A DNA stretch of 64,000 bases from an uncultured Actinomycetes bacterium (GTDB lineage Bacteria > Actinomycetota > Thermoleophilia > RBG-16-64-13). This document shows, piece after piece, positions 7,148 through 19,015 of this stretch (the first letter of the stretch is position 1; every line of letters begins with the position of its first letter). The translations under genes and the position numbers were made by a program. The notes beneath the pieces are model-generated. The model was not told the origin of the DNA. It made no database searches and worked only from the letters and a program-made list of their open reading frames with translations. Location of the stretch: positions 1,248,001 through 1,312,000 of the forward strand of contig CAWJDT010000001.1 of NCBI GenBank assembly GCA_963841735.1. The letters run 5' to 3'.

Positions 7148-9769
7148 ATGAGCCTCGATCAACTTTTCGACGGTTGGTCTTCCGCCGTAGCCCCCTACGC
7201 GCTGGGGCTGATGGTTGCCGCGCTGCTCTGTGCATCCCTGGCTGCCGTGGGTTGGGGGTGGCGCGCGAAGCCGGGGGGGCCGCAGTTTGTCGCGATGATG
7301 ATCGCGGCTGCGATTTGGGCGCTCCTGTATGCCCTTGAGCTGACCGCACCCAGCCTGGCTGGGAAGGTCGTATGGGCAAAGGCCGAGTATCTCGGCATCG
7401 TTGTGCTACCTGTTACATGGTTCCTATTTGCCCGCGGTCACACCGGAGGCCCAAAGAGGCGGGGCTGCCGGCTTGTGGTCTTGGTCAGTATCATTCCGGC
7501 TGTCACGGTCGCACTTGCCGGCAGCAACGAGTTCCACGGTTTGTTGTGGAGCGAGGTGTCGCTGAGCACCTCAGGGCCATTCCCCGCACTCGCCTTGGAG
7601 TACGGCCCCTGGTTCTGGGTTCATATGGTCTACTCCTACGCACTGCTCGCCTTGGGGAGCTTCCTGCTACTCAGGGCGGTATATCGCTTTCCCCAGGTCT
7701 ACCAACGACAAGCGGGGATGTTGATGATCGCGGCGCTTGCACCATGGGTGGGGAACGCACTGTTCATCTTCGGCGCGGCGCCTGCGGGGAGCCTCGACCT
7801 GACCCCGTTTGCCTTCACCGTCACCGGAGCGGCCTTGGCCGTCAGTATGTCGCGGTTCCGTCTGTTCAGCCTCCTGCCGGCTCTGCTTCCGACGGCGCGG
7901 AATCAAGTGCTCCAAACGATGAAGGACGGCGTCCTGATACTGGATGTCGACGGGCGAGTGGTGAGCGTCAATCCTGCCGCCAACAAAATGATCGGCGAGC
8001 GAGCCTCTGATGTCATCGGCCAGCCGGTGTCGGGAATCCTGGGCGATTGTCTGGCTACCCACCTTGCGACTGACGACGGGCCCGATTCGCAGTTCGAGAT
8101 ATCCCTGGGCGATAAAGCATTCCCGCGCAGCTACGATGTGGTCTCCTCGCCTGTTGGCCTTGGCCGTGGTATCGGCGTCGGTCGGCTCCTGGTCCTACGG
8201 GACATCACTACTCGCGCGCAGGCTGACGAAGCGTTGCGGGAGAGCGAAGAGCGCTACAGAGAGCTCTTCGAGCTCGAATCGGATGCGATCGTGCTCGTGG
8301 ACAACGAATCCGGCAAGATTCTGGAGGTCAACGCCGCGGCGATGGTGCTTTACGGTTACAGCCGGGAGGAATGGCTTTCTATGAATCACACCGACGTATC
8401 CGTAGAGCCCGACAAGACCCGCCAAGCCGCGGTGGACCAGCTGACGCGCATACCTGTCAGACGGCACAGGAAGAAGGACGGCACTGTCTTCCCGGTAGAG
8501 ATCACGGGCCGGCACTTCGATTGGAGGGGACGTTCCGTTCACATCGCCGCCATTCGTGACATCACCGAGCGCGTTGAGGCGGAGCAGGCTCTCCACGAGC
8601 GCGACGACCAGCTTCGCCAAGGGCAGAAGATGGAGGCCGTCGGCCAACTCGCCGGCGGTATCGCCCACGACTTTAACAATCTGCTCACTGCCATTATCGG
8701 CTACAGCGACCTGATCCTCGCTTCAAGCGAAGGCGTGGGTGATGCACTGCGAGCCGACGTGCAGGAGATCAAAGTCGCCGCTGATCGGGCCAGTGCCTTG
8801 ACCCGCCAGATCCTAGCCTTCTCTCGTCGCCAAGCCCTAAGGCCCGAGGTGGTATGTCTGAACGAGATCGTGGCCAGTACCGAACGGTTACTGTGTCGCA
8901 CTCTCGGCGAAGACATCGACCTGGTCACGCTGCTTAGCCCCGAATTGGAGCTGGTGGAAGTGGACGCGTCTCAATTTGAGCAGGTGCTAATGAATCTGGC
9001 CCTCAACTCTCGTGACGCCATGCCTAACGGGGGGAAGCTGACTATAGAAACGGCGAATGTGGAATTGAGCGACGAGTACTGTGCCTCGCACCTGGGGTCT
9101 AGGGCGGGCCTCTACGTCATGCTGGCCGTCTCCGATACTGGCGACGGCATGGACGAAGAGACGAGTTCGCGTGTCTTTGAGCCCTTCTTTACCACTAAGG
9201 AGCCGGGAAGGGGGACCGGGCTCGGGCTGTCCACCGTCTACGGCACCGTAAAACAGAGTGGCGGCAGTGTCCTAGTCAGCAGCGAGCTGAGGAAGGGCAC
9301 GACTTTTACAATATACCTGCCCCGAGTCGATGTACCGATCAAGAACCGGCCCACCTCCGCTGCCAGGTCAGGCTTGACGGGTGGTCTGGAGACGATCTTG
9401 GTGGTGGAAGACGAATCCTCGGTCCGGGATCTTGTCGCGCGGGTTCTCCAACGTCTTGGCTACCAGGTGATAGGCGCAGCGAACGGTGACGATGCTCTGG
9501 TCATTCTGGAAGACGGCAAGTGTTCGGTCGATATGTTGCTGACCGACGTGGTCTTGCCGGGAACCATGCAGGGTAACGAGCTCGCACAGGCAGTCGGCCC
9601 GCTCTACCCGCACTTGCCGGTGCTCTATATGTCGGGGTACACCCGTGACGCCATCGTCCACGCGGGCCGGCTGGACGAAGGGGTCAACTACCTCGAGAAG
9701 CCCTTCACGCCCGATGGACTAGGCCGCCGAGCGCGCGAGGTTCTGGACTCCCAAGCTGTTGGCGGGTAG
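7148..9769 (+). CDS. Hybrid sensor histidine kinase (HisKA_7TM-PAS-PAS-HisKA-HATPase-REC)
   Basis: 7TM N-terminus, two PAS domains, [13 protein letters not shown]-box, [15 protein letters not shown]-terminal receiver (LLTDVVLP). Confidence 0.95.
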   Translation: MSLDQLFDGWSSAVAPYALGLMVAALLCASLAAVGWGWRAKPGGPQFVAMMIAAAIWALLYALELTAPSLAGKVVWAKAEYLGIVVLPVTWFLFARGHTGGPKRRGCRLVVLVSIIPAVTVALAGSNEFHGLLWSEVSLSTSGPFPALALEYGPWFWVHMVYSYALLALGSFLLLRAVYRFPQVYQRQAGMLMIAALAPWVGNALFIFGAAPAGSLDLTPFAFTVTGAALAVSMSRFRLFSLLPALLPTARNQVLQTMKDGVLILDVDGRVVSVNPAANKMIGERASDVIGQPVSGILGDCLATHLATDDGPDSQFEISLGDKAFPRSYDVVSSPVGLGRGIGVGRLLVLRDITTRAQADEALRESEERYRELFELESDAIVLVDNESGKILEVNAAAMVLYGYSREEWLSMNHTDVSVEPDKTRQAAVDQLTRIPVRRHRKKDGTVFPVEITGRHFDWRGRSVHIAAIRDITERVEAEQALHERDDQLRQGQKMEAVGQLAGGIAHDFNNLLTAIIGYSDLILASSEGVGDALRADVQEIKVAADRASALTRQILAFSRRQALRPEVVCLNEIVASTERLLCRTLGEDIDLVTLLSPELELVEVDASQFEQVLMNLALNSRDAMPNGGKLTIETANVELSDEYCASHLGSRAGLYVMLAVSDTGDGMDEETSSRVFEPFFTTKEPGRGTGLGLSTVYGTVKQSGGSVLVSSELRKGTTFTIYLPRVDVPIKNRPTSAARSGLTGGLETILVVEDESSVRDLVARVLQRLGYQVIGAANGDDALVILEDGKCSVDMLLTDVVLPGTMQGNELAQAVGPLYPHLPVLYMSGYTRDAIVHAGRLDEGVNYLEKPFTPDGLGRRAREVLDSQAVGG

Positions 9770-10043
9770 CACCCCCCGTTTCTGGAGTCAGTGGAGGATG
9801 ACGGTGATGGGACAGGTCAAGGCGCTCTTGCCTAAGGCGACGGGAGGGCGATCGAGAGCGCGACATCACCCGCTGCGGGGGTCCACACCCGAGATCATCA
9901 GTGGGTTCTCGGATTAGTCAGGCACACCGAGGTGTGGCCAGCCGGTGTGGACTCTAACCGGCCAAGAGGTCTGCCCGCACGGCGCCTGCGAAAATGGTTC
10001 GAGACTGGTCGCTGACGTCTTGCGTTCGAACCCAGCGGTCGCC

Positions 10044-10880
10044 CTACTTGACGTTGGCACTTCCCTTGACTGCTTGACCGGGAAAGATCCCGTGGGCCTG
10101 CAGGTAGGAGCCGTACCACGCCATCTGGCCAAGCACTTGAGCTCCAGCCTTGGGCGTCGCAAGCACGATAGGGCAGTAGCGGCCTTCGCCGGAGAAGACT
10201 GATCGCTCCAGCGGCTCGAGCGGCACGTTGATGACCGGCTTGTCGCAGACTGCAATCAGCGCGCCTATCCGCCGCATGAAGGCCGCATCCCACGCATGGA
10301 GCCCTTCCTTGCTCGGCGGGATACCTCTGGCCACCGAATCGCGGCTCGCGGCAGGACTTCCGACCACCCCCAGCACGAGCACGGCATCAACCGCGTCGGA
10401 TCGTGTGATCAGCTCCAGCACTCGCTCGATCGCCTCCGCGTCTCCAGAGGTGACCATGTCGATAGGGTTCCCGTGGCTCCAAAAGGGCGGAAGGATCTGA
10501 TCCAATTCCGCAAGGAGGTCGGGGGCAGATCGGCGAGCACCAGCCCGTTGCGGGCGACCTCGTCGGCAGCGATGACGCCCCAACCTCCCCCCAGCGTGAC
10601 CACAGCCACCCGGCGTCCCCTGGGGAGCGGCAGATGAGCCAACGAGACGGCAAGATCGATGCCCTCCTCGGGAGAGGTGGTGCCGACAGCCCCAGTCTGC
10701 CGGGCCGATGCCTCGCGGACCGCGGCGGTGCCGGCCATGGCCCCTGTGTGAGACGCCGCGGCATGGCTACCGAATGCGGTCATGCCTCCCCGAACGACCA
10801 CGATCGGCTTGTGGGGTGTCGTTCGGCGAGCGACGTCCATCAGCCGGCGACTGCAACACCTATCTGGGTCAATACCGAGG
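10044..10880 (-). pseudogene. Truncated, frameshifted ADP-forming acetate/acyl-CoA ligase alpha subunit
   Basis: KPIVVVRGG...AAASHTGAMAG, RVAVVTLGGGWGVIAAD, then frame change near 10525 to LPPFWSHGNPIDM; N-terminal CoA-binding domain absent. Confidence 0.8.
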
Positions 10881-11190
10881 CCGGCACGTAGCCGGCAAAA
10901 ACAACGTGTTAGGCGAAGCCTTGCGCTACTGCAGTTTCGAGCTTGGCGATCAGGAAATCGTGGGGCTGCTTTCGGATGGACCTGTCGAACTGCTGGACAT
11001 CGCGGTCGATCAAGGCTAGAAGCTAGGACGTGGCGACAATCTTCCGTTCGGTTGAATCCCACGTGCTCATCCGGGGGCAGACTCGACACCTGGCAACGGA
11101 CCGGGACGGTTCGACCCAGCGCAGTCCGGGTATCCACGAAAGGAAGAGTCACACACACCAACAGGGTGCGTCAGCATCGGGAGATAACTA

Positions 11191-12342
11191 GTGGACTCAC
11201 TTGGCAAGGACTACGCAGCGGGGCTCTTCTGGGACTGCGAACCACCCTGCCTCTCGCTCTACCAGCCGACTCATCGGCACCGTCCGGAAAACCAGCAAGA
11301 TCCAATCCGGTTTGGGAACCTCGTGAAGGCGCTGGAGAAATCGCTGCTGCAGAAGTATCCGACGCGTGAGATCCGGACTCTCTTGGACCCCTTCCTCGCA
11401 TTGCTGCAAGACCGCGACTTCTGGGCGCATACCCTTGAGGGACTGGCGGTGATGGGCGCAAAAGACGTGTTTCGAGCCTACAGACTCCAGCAGCCGGTTG
11501 CCGAGCTGGCCGTCGTCGCCGACAGCTTTCACACAAAGCCTCTGTTGCGCATGCTCCAGTCGGCCGATCGCTATCAAGTGCTCGGCCTGAGCCAGCAAGA
11601 GATCAAGCTCTTTGTGGGTAACCGTGACGCCTTGGATGAGATCGAGCCGGCCCCCGGTATTCCGCGGACGATCACCGAGGCGCTGGGGGAAGAACTGACC
11701 GAGCCACACCAGACCGTCGCTTCATACGGCGGTGTGGGCGGATCCCACCCGGCCATGCATCATGGCCAGGGCGGGAGGGAGTCTGAGAGGGACATTGACG
11801 CGGAACGCCTTTTCCGCGCTGTCGACCGGGGGATCCTGGAGCACCACTCGCGGCCATCGGCCATTCCTCTGATCTTGGCGACGTTGCCGGAGCATCGTCG
11901 ACTATTTCATCAAGTCAGCCATAACCCGTTCTTGATGGAGGAGGGGATCGACGTCTTCCCAGACGTCCTGTCCGTAGACGAACTCCGCCAGCGGGCCTGG
12001 CAGGTCGTCGAACCTCGCTACCTGGAACGGCTGGACGCGCTGATTGAGGAGTTCGGCACGGCCAAGGCCAACGATCTCGGTGAGGAAGATGTGATGCGCG
12101 TCGCCAAGGCGGTTATCGCCGGACGGGCCGCGACTCTGCTTATAGAAGCCGACCGCCAGATTCCCGGCCGAATCGACGCAGAGACCGGAGACATCGAGTT
12201 TGCGGACGCGGCTGACCCGGAGGTAGATGAGGTGCTCGATGACCTGGGAGAGTTGATCTTGAAGATGGGCGGAAAGGTCGTGGTCGTCCCCGCTGAGCGG
12301 ATGCCGACCAAAACGGGGATAGCCGCCATCTACCGCTACTGA
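11191..12342 (+). CDS. baeRF3 family (aeRF1-like; Balon-related) ribosome-associated factor
   Basis: PCLSLYQPTHR, DSFHTKPLLR, YQVLGLS, GRAATLLIEADR, DDLGELILKMGGKVVVVPAERMP..TGIAAIYRY. Confidence 0.85.
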   Translation: MDSLGKDYAAGLFWDCEPPCLSLYQPTHRHRPENQQDPIRFGNLVKALEKSLLQKYPTREIRTLLDPFLALLQDRDFWAHTLEGLAVMGAKDVFRAYRLQQPVAELAVVADSFHTKPLLRMLQSADRYQVLGLSQQEIKLFVGNRDALDEIEPAPGIPRTITEALGEELTEPHQTVASYGGVGGSHPAMHHGQGGRESERDIDAERLFRAVDRGILEHHSRPSAIPLILATLPEHRRLFHQVSHNPFLMEEGIDVFPDVLSVDELRQRAWQVVEPRYLERLDALIEEFGTAKANDLGEEDVMRVAKAVIAGRAATLLIEADRQIPGRIDAETGDIEFADAADPEVDEVLDDLGELILKMGGKVVVVPAERMPTKTGIAAIYRY

Positions 12343-12355
12343 AGAGGACGTACAC

Positions 12356-12673
12356 ATGGATATTCAGATCAATACCGACAGCAACATCAAAGGCGACAAC
12401 GCGCTCACTCAGCGGGTCGAGACCATTCTGAGAGAGACCCTAGACCATTTCAGCAAGCACATCACGCGGGCTGAAGTCCACCTAACAGATGAGGATAGCA
12501 GCAGCAAATCCAGCACCAACGACAAGCGCTGCTTGCTAGAGGTCCGCCTCATCGACCATCAACCGATCGCGGTGAGCCATCAAGCCTCTACTCTGGAGCG
12601 GGCCGTCGATGGCGCTGCTAAGAAGATGAAGCATTTGCTCGTCAGCACGCTCGGGCGGTTGGGCAGTCGCTAG
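12356..12673 (+). CDS. Short HPF/RaiA-family ribosome-associated protein
   Basis: MDIQINTD...ITRAEVHLTDE...DKRCLLEVR...AVDGAAKKM. Confidence 0.85.
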   Translation: MDIQINTDSNIKGDNALTQRVETILRETLDHFSKHITRAEVHLTDEDSSSKSSTNDKRCLLEVRLIDHQPIAVSHQASTLERAVDGAAKKMKHLLVSTLGRLGSR

Positions 12674-12692
12674 TGGGCGGCGTCCCAGCGTC

Positions 12693-13967
12693 TCAGGTAT
12701 CGCCGGAGGACTGGGGGACGTGCTGATCACGATTCTTGTGCCCCACGAGATACTTGATAGTCGTCCCCTGCACCAACACCGAGAACACCACCACAACGTA
12801 GGTGATGGTTATCACGAGGGTGCGGTTCTGCCCCACGGGCAGAGACAACGCCAGTGCGACAGGGATCGCCCCACGAATACCCGCCCAGGTGATAAGCGGA
12901 AGCGCGCGACGGGCACGAGAGCCTCGTGGTCTTAGCGCCAGCATCGGGACCCCCACGGAGACAAAGCGGGCGAACAAGACAATCGGGATGGCCGCGATCC
13001 CCGCGACCAAGCCCAGCCACGAGAACTGGTCGACGAACAGGAGCACCTCCAGACCTATGATGACGAAGAGGACCGCGTTGAGGATGATGTCGACCATCTC
13101 CCAGAATCTGTCGAGGTTCTGTACCGTCGTGGCCGACATGCCGCGGGCCCGTCCCTGGTTGCCGATGACTATCCCCGCCACCACCATGGCGAGCGGACCC
13201 GAGATCCCCAGGGCCAAGGCGCTCGCGTACCCGGCGCTCACCAGAGCGAGCGTGATGATGATCTCAATGGGGAAGTCGTCAATCGTCTTGAGGATCATGT
13301 AGCCCATCCAGCCAAGGCCGAGGCCGAAGACGAAACCGCCGATCGCTTCCCGCAGGAACAGGGTAAATGCATGCAGCGCCAGCGAACCCGTGTGGTCACC
13401 GGTCACGGTCCCTAGAAGGACGACGAACACGACAACGGCGAAGCCGTCGTTGAACAGTGATTCGCCGGTGAGGAGCGCCTCGAGATTCTTGCTGGCCCGG
13501 GCTCTGCGCATGATGGGAAGCACGGCAAGAGGATCGGTCGGCGAGATGAGCGCGCCAAACAGAAGACAGTAGCCCAAGGGAAGACTCAGGCCGATGGCAC
13601 TCACCAAACCGAACATCGCAAACCCGACGATGACCGTTGAGCCGAGCACGCCGATCGTGGCAAGCGAGAAGACCTGCCAGCGGACCGCGGTGAGGGATTC
13701 CAGGCTGAGGTTCAGCGCGCCTGCGAAGAGGAGATAGCTGAGAAGGCCGCCAAGGAGAAGGCGGTTAAGGTCCACGTCGCCCAAGAACTGCCGGGCCGGG
13801 GCGATGACGGGAAGGCCGGCTAGGTGCAGAGCGATCAGAAGGAGAGAGACGATCAAAGCCAGCAGCATGAGGCCGATCGTCGGGGCGAGCTTGAGGAACC
13901 GACTGTTGAGATAGCCAAATAGGGCCGCCAGAGAGATGAGAACGGCGATCGCGGTAAAGACGTTCAT
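12693..13967 (-). CDS. Na+/H+ antiporter (CPA1/NhaP)
   Basis: LLFGALISPTDPLAV, GESLFNDG, WAGIRGAIPVALAL; real start MNVF at 13967. Confidence 0.92.
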   Translation of the reverse strand: MNVFTAIAVLISLAALFGYLNSRFLKLAPTIGLMLLALIVSLLLIALHLAGLPVIAPARQFLGDVDLNRLLLGGLLSYLLFAGALNLSLESLTAVRWQVFSLATIGVLGSTVIVGFAMFGLVSAIGLSLPLGYCLLFGALISPTDPLAVLPIMRRARASKNLEALLTGESLFNDGFAVVVFVVLLGTVTGDHTGSLALHAFTLFLREAIGGFVFGLGLGWMGYMILKTIDDFPIEIIITLALVSAGYASALALGISGPLAMVVAGIVIGNQGRARGMSATTVQNLDRFWEMVDIILNAVLFVIIGLEVLLFVDQFSWLGLVAGIAAIPIVLFARFVSVGVPMLALRPRGSRARRALPLITWAGIRGAIPVALALSLPVGQNRTLVITITYVVVVFSVLVQGTTIKYLVGHKNRDQHVPQSSGDT

Positions 13968-14122
13968 CGGTTCTGATGATGACGTGCATCGCGGCGGTCT
14001 GCAACCGCGTGTCTTAGAATCGCGGTTCCTGGGAAAAAGCCTCAATGTGTAGCAATGTCGGTAGCCGATCCTTCCATGCGTTATCGGGAAGCCTGGCTCC
14101 TCGTGAACAATCGGAGGATCAG

Positions 14123-14629
14123 ATGGAATCCAGCTCGTTAGAAGAACTGATAGCGCAACTGGGCGACCGGGACGGAGGCAAACGCCAGCGGGCGCGCGAG
14201 ACGCTGGTCGCAGTGGGTGAACCGGCGATACCGTCGCTGGTGGCGCTGCTGGCGAACTCCCAGGTCCGTCTGCGCTGGGAGGCCGCCAAAGCCCTGACGG
14301 AGATCCCCGATCCCGCCGCGATTCCCGGCTTGGTCTCGCTCCTTGCCGATCCAAAGTCCGAGATTCGTTGGTTGGCGGCTATCGGGCTCATAAACCTAGG
14401 CAATCGTTCCGTTCCCCACGTGTTGCAGGCCCTAACGGAGCAAGCAGAGTCAAAGGGCTTTCGGGATGCCTCCCACCACGTCCTGCACGACTTGTCTGAA
14501 CGGAATGTTGTCGTTCGGGAGATTTTGGCGCCCATGCTCGCCGTCCTGGGTGAGACCGAACCGGCCGGGGTCATCTCTTCCCGGGCCGAGATGACGCTCC
14601 ACGAGTTGCGGGCGCTGAGTGGCGGATAG
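14123..14629 (+). CDS. HEAT-repeat protein
   Basis: GEPAIPSLVALL...RWEAAKAL...DPAAIPGLVSLL..RWLAAIGL; GGAGG RBS before ATG 14123. Confidence 0.85.
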   Translation: MESSSLEELIAQLGDRDGGKRQRARETLVAVGEPAIPSLVALLANSQVRLRWEAAKALTEIPDPAAIPGLVSLLADPKSEIRWLAAIGLINLGNRSVPHVLQALTEQAESKGFRDASHHVLHDLSERNVVVREILAPMLAVLGETEPAGVISSRAEMTLHELRALSGG

Positions 14630-14644
14630 GTGTAGCTGGGCCGC

Positions 14645-16291
<1,647 letters not shown>

Positions 16292-16486
16292 CAGGTGGGG
16301 GCAAGGTCTATGAGCTCACCGGCAGTGTGATGTGGGAGGGTGGCGAGCGCCAGGGCGAGAATTGGGCCGGAGCTGACTTGACGGCTGAAACAGACGACGC
16401 CACTCACTTTCGGGAGGAGCTCGATTCCTTTCCGGTTGTGGGTCCATTAGCGGATTGAATCTAACTCTGAAAGGACTTGCCTGGGA

Positions 16487-18466
16487 ATGGAGAATCAGAG
16501 TTCGAATCACCACGCGATGATGGTGGCGGGCTTCCGTCGCCGGTTCTGGGTCTCACTCATCATCACTGTCCCCATTCTTCTGCTCTCTCCGAACGTTCAG
16601 GGTCCCCTCCATCTCAAGGCCCTGGCTTTTTCCGGGGACCGGTACGTGCTCCTAGCCTTGAGCGCGTTCGTGTACGCCTGGGGCGGTTTCCCCTTCGTGC
16701 GTGGGGCCGTCCAAGAGCTGCGAGTGCGGCAACCGGCCATGATGACCCTCATCGCCGTCGCCATTTCCGCCGCCTTCGTCTACAGCGCGGCGGTGGTCCT
16801 CGGTGTGCGCGGAGAGATCTTCTTCTGGGAGCTGGCCACTTTGGTGGACATCATGCTCCTCGGGCACTGGCTGGAGATGCGCTCGGTCATGGGCGCCTCG
16901 CGGGCTCTTGAGGAACTCGCCCGATTGATGCCGGACGAGGCCCACTTGCTGGCCGAGGACGGAAGTGTGAGCGATATGCCACTGGCCGAGCTCAGAACCG
17001 GCGACCGTGTACTGGTTCGACCGGGTGAGAAGGTCCCCATCGACGGGCAGGTGGTCAAGGGAGGTAGCTCCTTGAACGAAGCCATGCTGACCGGGGAATC
17101 GACGCCGGTAGACAAGAGCGAGGGCGATAAGGTCATCGGGGGCTCCATAAACGGGGAGGGCTCGCTCGAGGTCGCCGTGGAGAAGACCGGGGCCGACACC
17201 TACCTGGCCCAGGTCATCGACCTGGTGAGGCAGGCCCAAGAGAGCAAGTCCCGCGGTCAGAACATTGCCGATCGCGCCGCCTTCGTGCTTACCATCGTGG
17301 CCCTGTCGGTGGGCACGATAACCTTGGTCGTCTGGCTGCTCCTCGGGCGCAGTTTCGAGTTCTCCCTGGGACGGAGCATCACCGTTATGGTGATCACGTG
17401 TCCGCATGCTCTCGGTCTGGCCATACCGTTGGTCGTGGCCGTGTCCACCGCGCTCGGCGCCAAGAGCGGTCTTCTTATCAGAGACCGTGGTGCCTTCGAG
17501 CGCTCGCGGGGGGTGAACGCGGTCGTGTTCGACAAGACCGGGACCTTGACCGAAGGCCGCTTCGGCGTGAACAACATCTGGACCTTCGGCGATCAAGCGG
17601 CTGATGAGATCCTGGCTCTGACCGCTTCTCTCGAGAGCCGCTCCGAGCACCCCATCGCTCAGGGGATAGTTCGTTCGGCCGTTGAGAAGGGGCTCAAGCT
17701 TCTGGAGGTGGACGATTTTACCTCGATCCCCGGTAAGGGAGTGGGCGCCTCGGCGCACGGAAGACAGCTGAAGGTGGTGAGTCCGGGCTATCTCACCGAG
17801 CAGGGCATCGGAGCCCCCTCTATTGACACAGAAGAGCAGCCCCTCACCGTGGTGTACCTGCTGGAGGGCGAGATTCCTCTGGGTGCGCTTGGTCTGGCCG
17901 ATGTGGTCCGGGCCGAGTCCAGGGAGGCGGTCAAAGGCTTACAGAGGCTGGGCATCAAGGCCATCATGATCACCGGAGACAACGAGGTCGTAGCCCGCTG
18001 GGTGGCTGAGGAGCTGGGCCTGGACGAGTACTATGCCGGAGTGCTTCCCGAAGACAAGGCGCAGCGAATCAAAGACTTGCAGAGCAAGGGACTAATGGTC
18101 GGCATGGTGGGGGACGGGGTGAACGATGCTCCCGCTCTTGCCCAGGCCGACGTGGGGGTTGCCATCGGAGCCGGTACCGACGTGGCCATCGAGTCGGCGG
18201 ACATCGTCCTTGTAAAGAACGACCCCCGCAACGTTCTCGATCTCTTCTCGCTTTCGCGGGCCACCTGGCGAAAGATGGTGCAGAACCTGGTTTGGGCCAC
18301 CGGCTACAACGTGGTCGCCCTTCCCCTTGCAGCTGGGGTGGCCGCCGGGGCCGGAGTGGTGCTCACCCCGGCGGTGGGTGCCGCTCTCATGTCTGTGAGC
18401 ACCATAATCGTGGCCATCAATGCCCGGCTTTTGGGAGCGAAGAAGCGGGAGGTAGCCGCGGGATGA
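16487..18466 (+). CDS. copB: Copper-translocating P1B-type ATPase (CopB-like)
   Basis: TGES, CPH TM motif, DKTGT, SEHP, GDGVNDAP, GYN, MSVS; short N-terminus. Confidence 0.9.
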   Translation: MENQSSNHHAMMVAGFRRRFWVSLIITVPILLLSPNVQGPLHLKALAFSGDRYVLLALSAFVYAWGGFPFVRGAVQELRVRQPAMMTLIAVAISAAFVYSAAVVLGVRGEIFFWELATLVDIMLLGHWLEMRSVMGASRALEELARLMPDEAHLLAEDGSVSDMPLAELRTGDRVLVRPGEKVPIDGQVVKGGSSLNEAMLTGESTPVDKSEGDKVIGGSINGEGSLEVAVEKTGADTYLAQVIDLVRQAQESKSRGQNIADRAAFVLTIVALSVGTITLVVWLLLGRSFEFSLGRSITVMVITCPHALGLAIPLVVAVSTALGAKSGLLIRDRGAFERSRGVNAVVFDKTGTLTEGRFGVNNIWTFGDQAADEILALTASLESRSEHPIAQGIVRSAVEKGLKLLEVDDFTSIPGKGVGASAHGRQLKVVSPGYLTEQGIGAPSIDTEEQPLTVVYLLEGEIPLGALGLADVVRAESREAVKGLQRLGIKAIMITGDNEVVARWVAEELGLDEYYAGVLPEDKAQRIKDLQSKGLMVGMVGDGVNDAPALAQADVGVAIGAGTDVAIESADIVLVKNDPRNVLDLFSLSRATWRKMVQNLVWATGYNVVALPLAAGVAAGAGVVLTPAVGAALMSVSTIIVAINARLLGAKKREVAAG

Positions 18467-18559
18467 AATATGCGGACACGGACGGATCGTGTATGAGTGG
18501 ACGAAGGGGCGGAGCCCGTGGGGCTCGTCGCAAGGGCTTGGTCAAAGGAGGTGCCCAAA

Positions 18560-18823
18560 TTGGCCAACAATGGGCCAAATAGCAGATTGCGTCTGGCCGA
18601 AAGGGAGAGCTCGGATGGCCCGGTCGGGGCGCTCATATGTGCGGGAGTCGCTCTTCTTGGAGCCCTCGTCTTCTGGGTACCGACTGCCTTCGCGGGCTCC
18701 TATCCGGCTGTTGCCCGCCTCGGCGGGGCGCTGTGGACATTCGTCCCTATGATGATCGTGCTAATGCCCATCGTCATCCCGCGCTTGAACAAGCTTCAGA
18801 TGGGAAGGAGGAAGCCGTCATGA
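18560..18823 (+). CDS. Small hypothetical membrane protein
   Basis: AAAGGAGG RBS before TTG 18560; two hydrophobic segments. Confidence 0.5.
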   Translation: MANNGPNSRLRLAERESSDGPVGALICAGVALLGALVFWVPTAFAGSYPAVARLGGALWTFVPMMIVLMPIVIPRLNKLQMGRRKPS

Positions 18824-19015
18824 GGCCTGAGTTTTGCGAGGAGACCGGAGACGCATGACCGGGATGAAAGTGCCCTGCGGGACCCAACATCTTGTCGCTG
18901 CCACGTCGCGTTCTGTGGAAGGTGGCCGCTCCGTTGCCGTGAAACCACTCGTAGGTGAGCCCGAGCGGGGTCTGATGCGAGCGGCTCACGCCGGGAGTGC
19001 CAGAAAGGAGGTCCC

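Noticed and set aside
13968-14354. 128-aa N-terminal extension of the antiporter ORF
   Set aside because: Overlaps the divergent HEAT gene; family-like sequence starts at 13967
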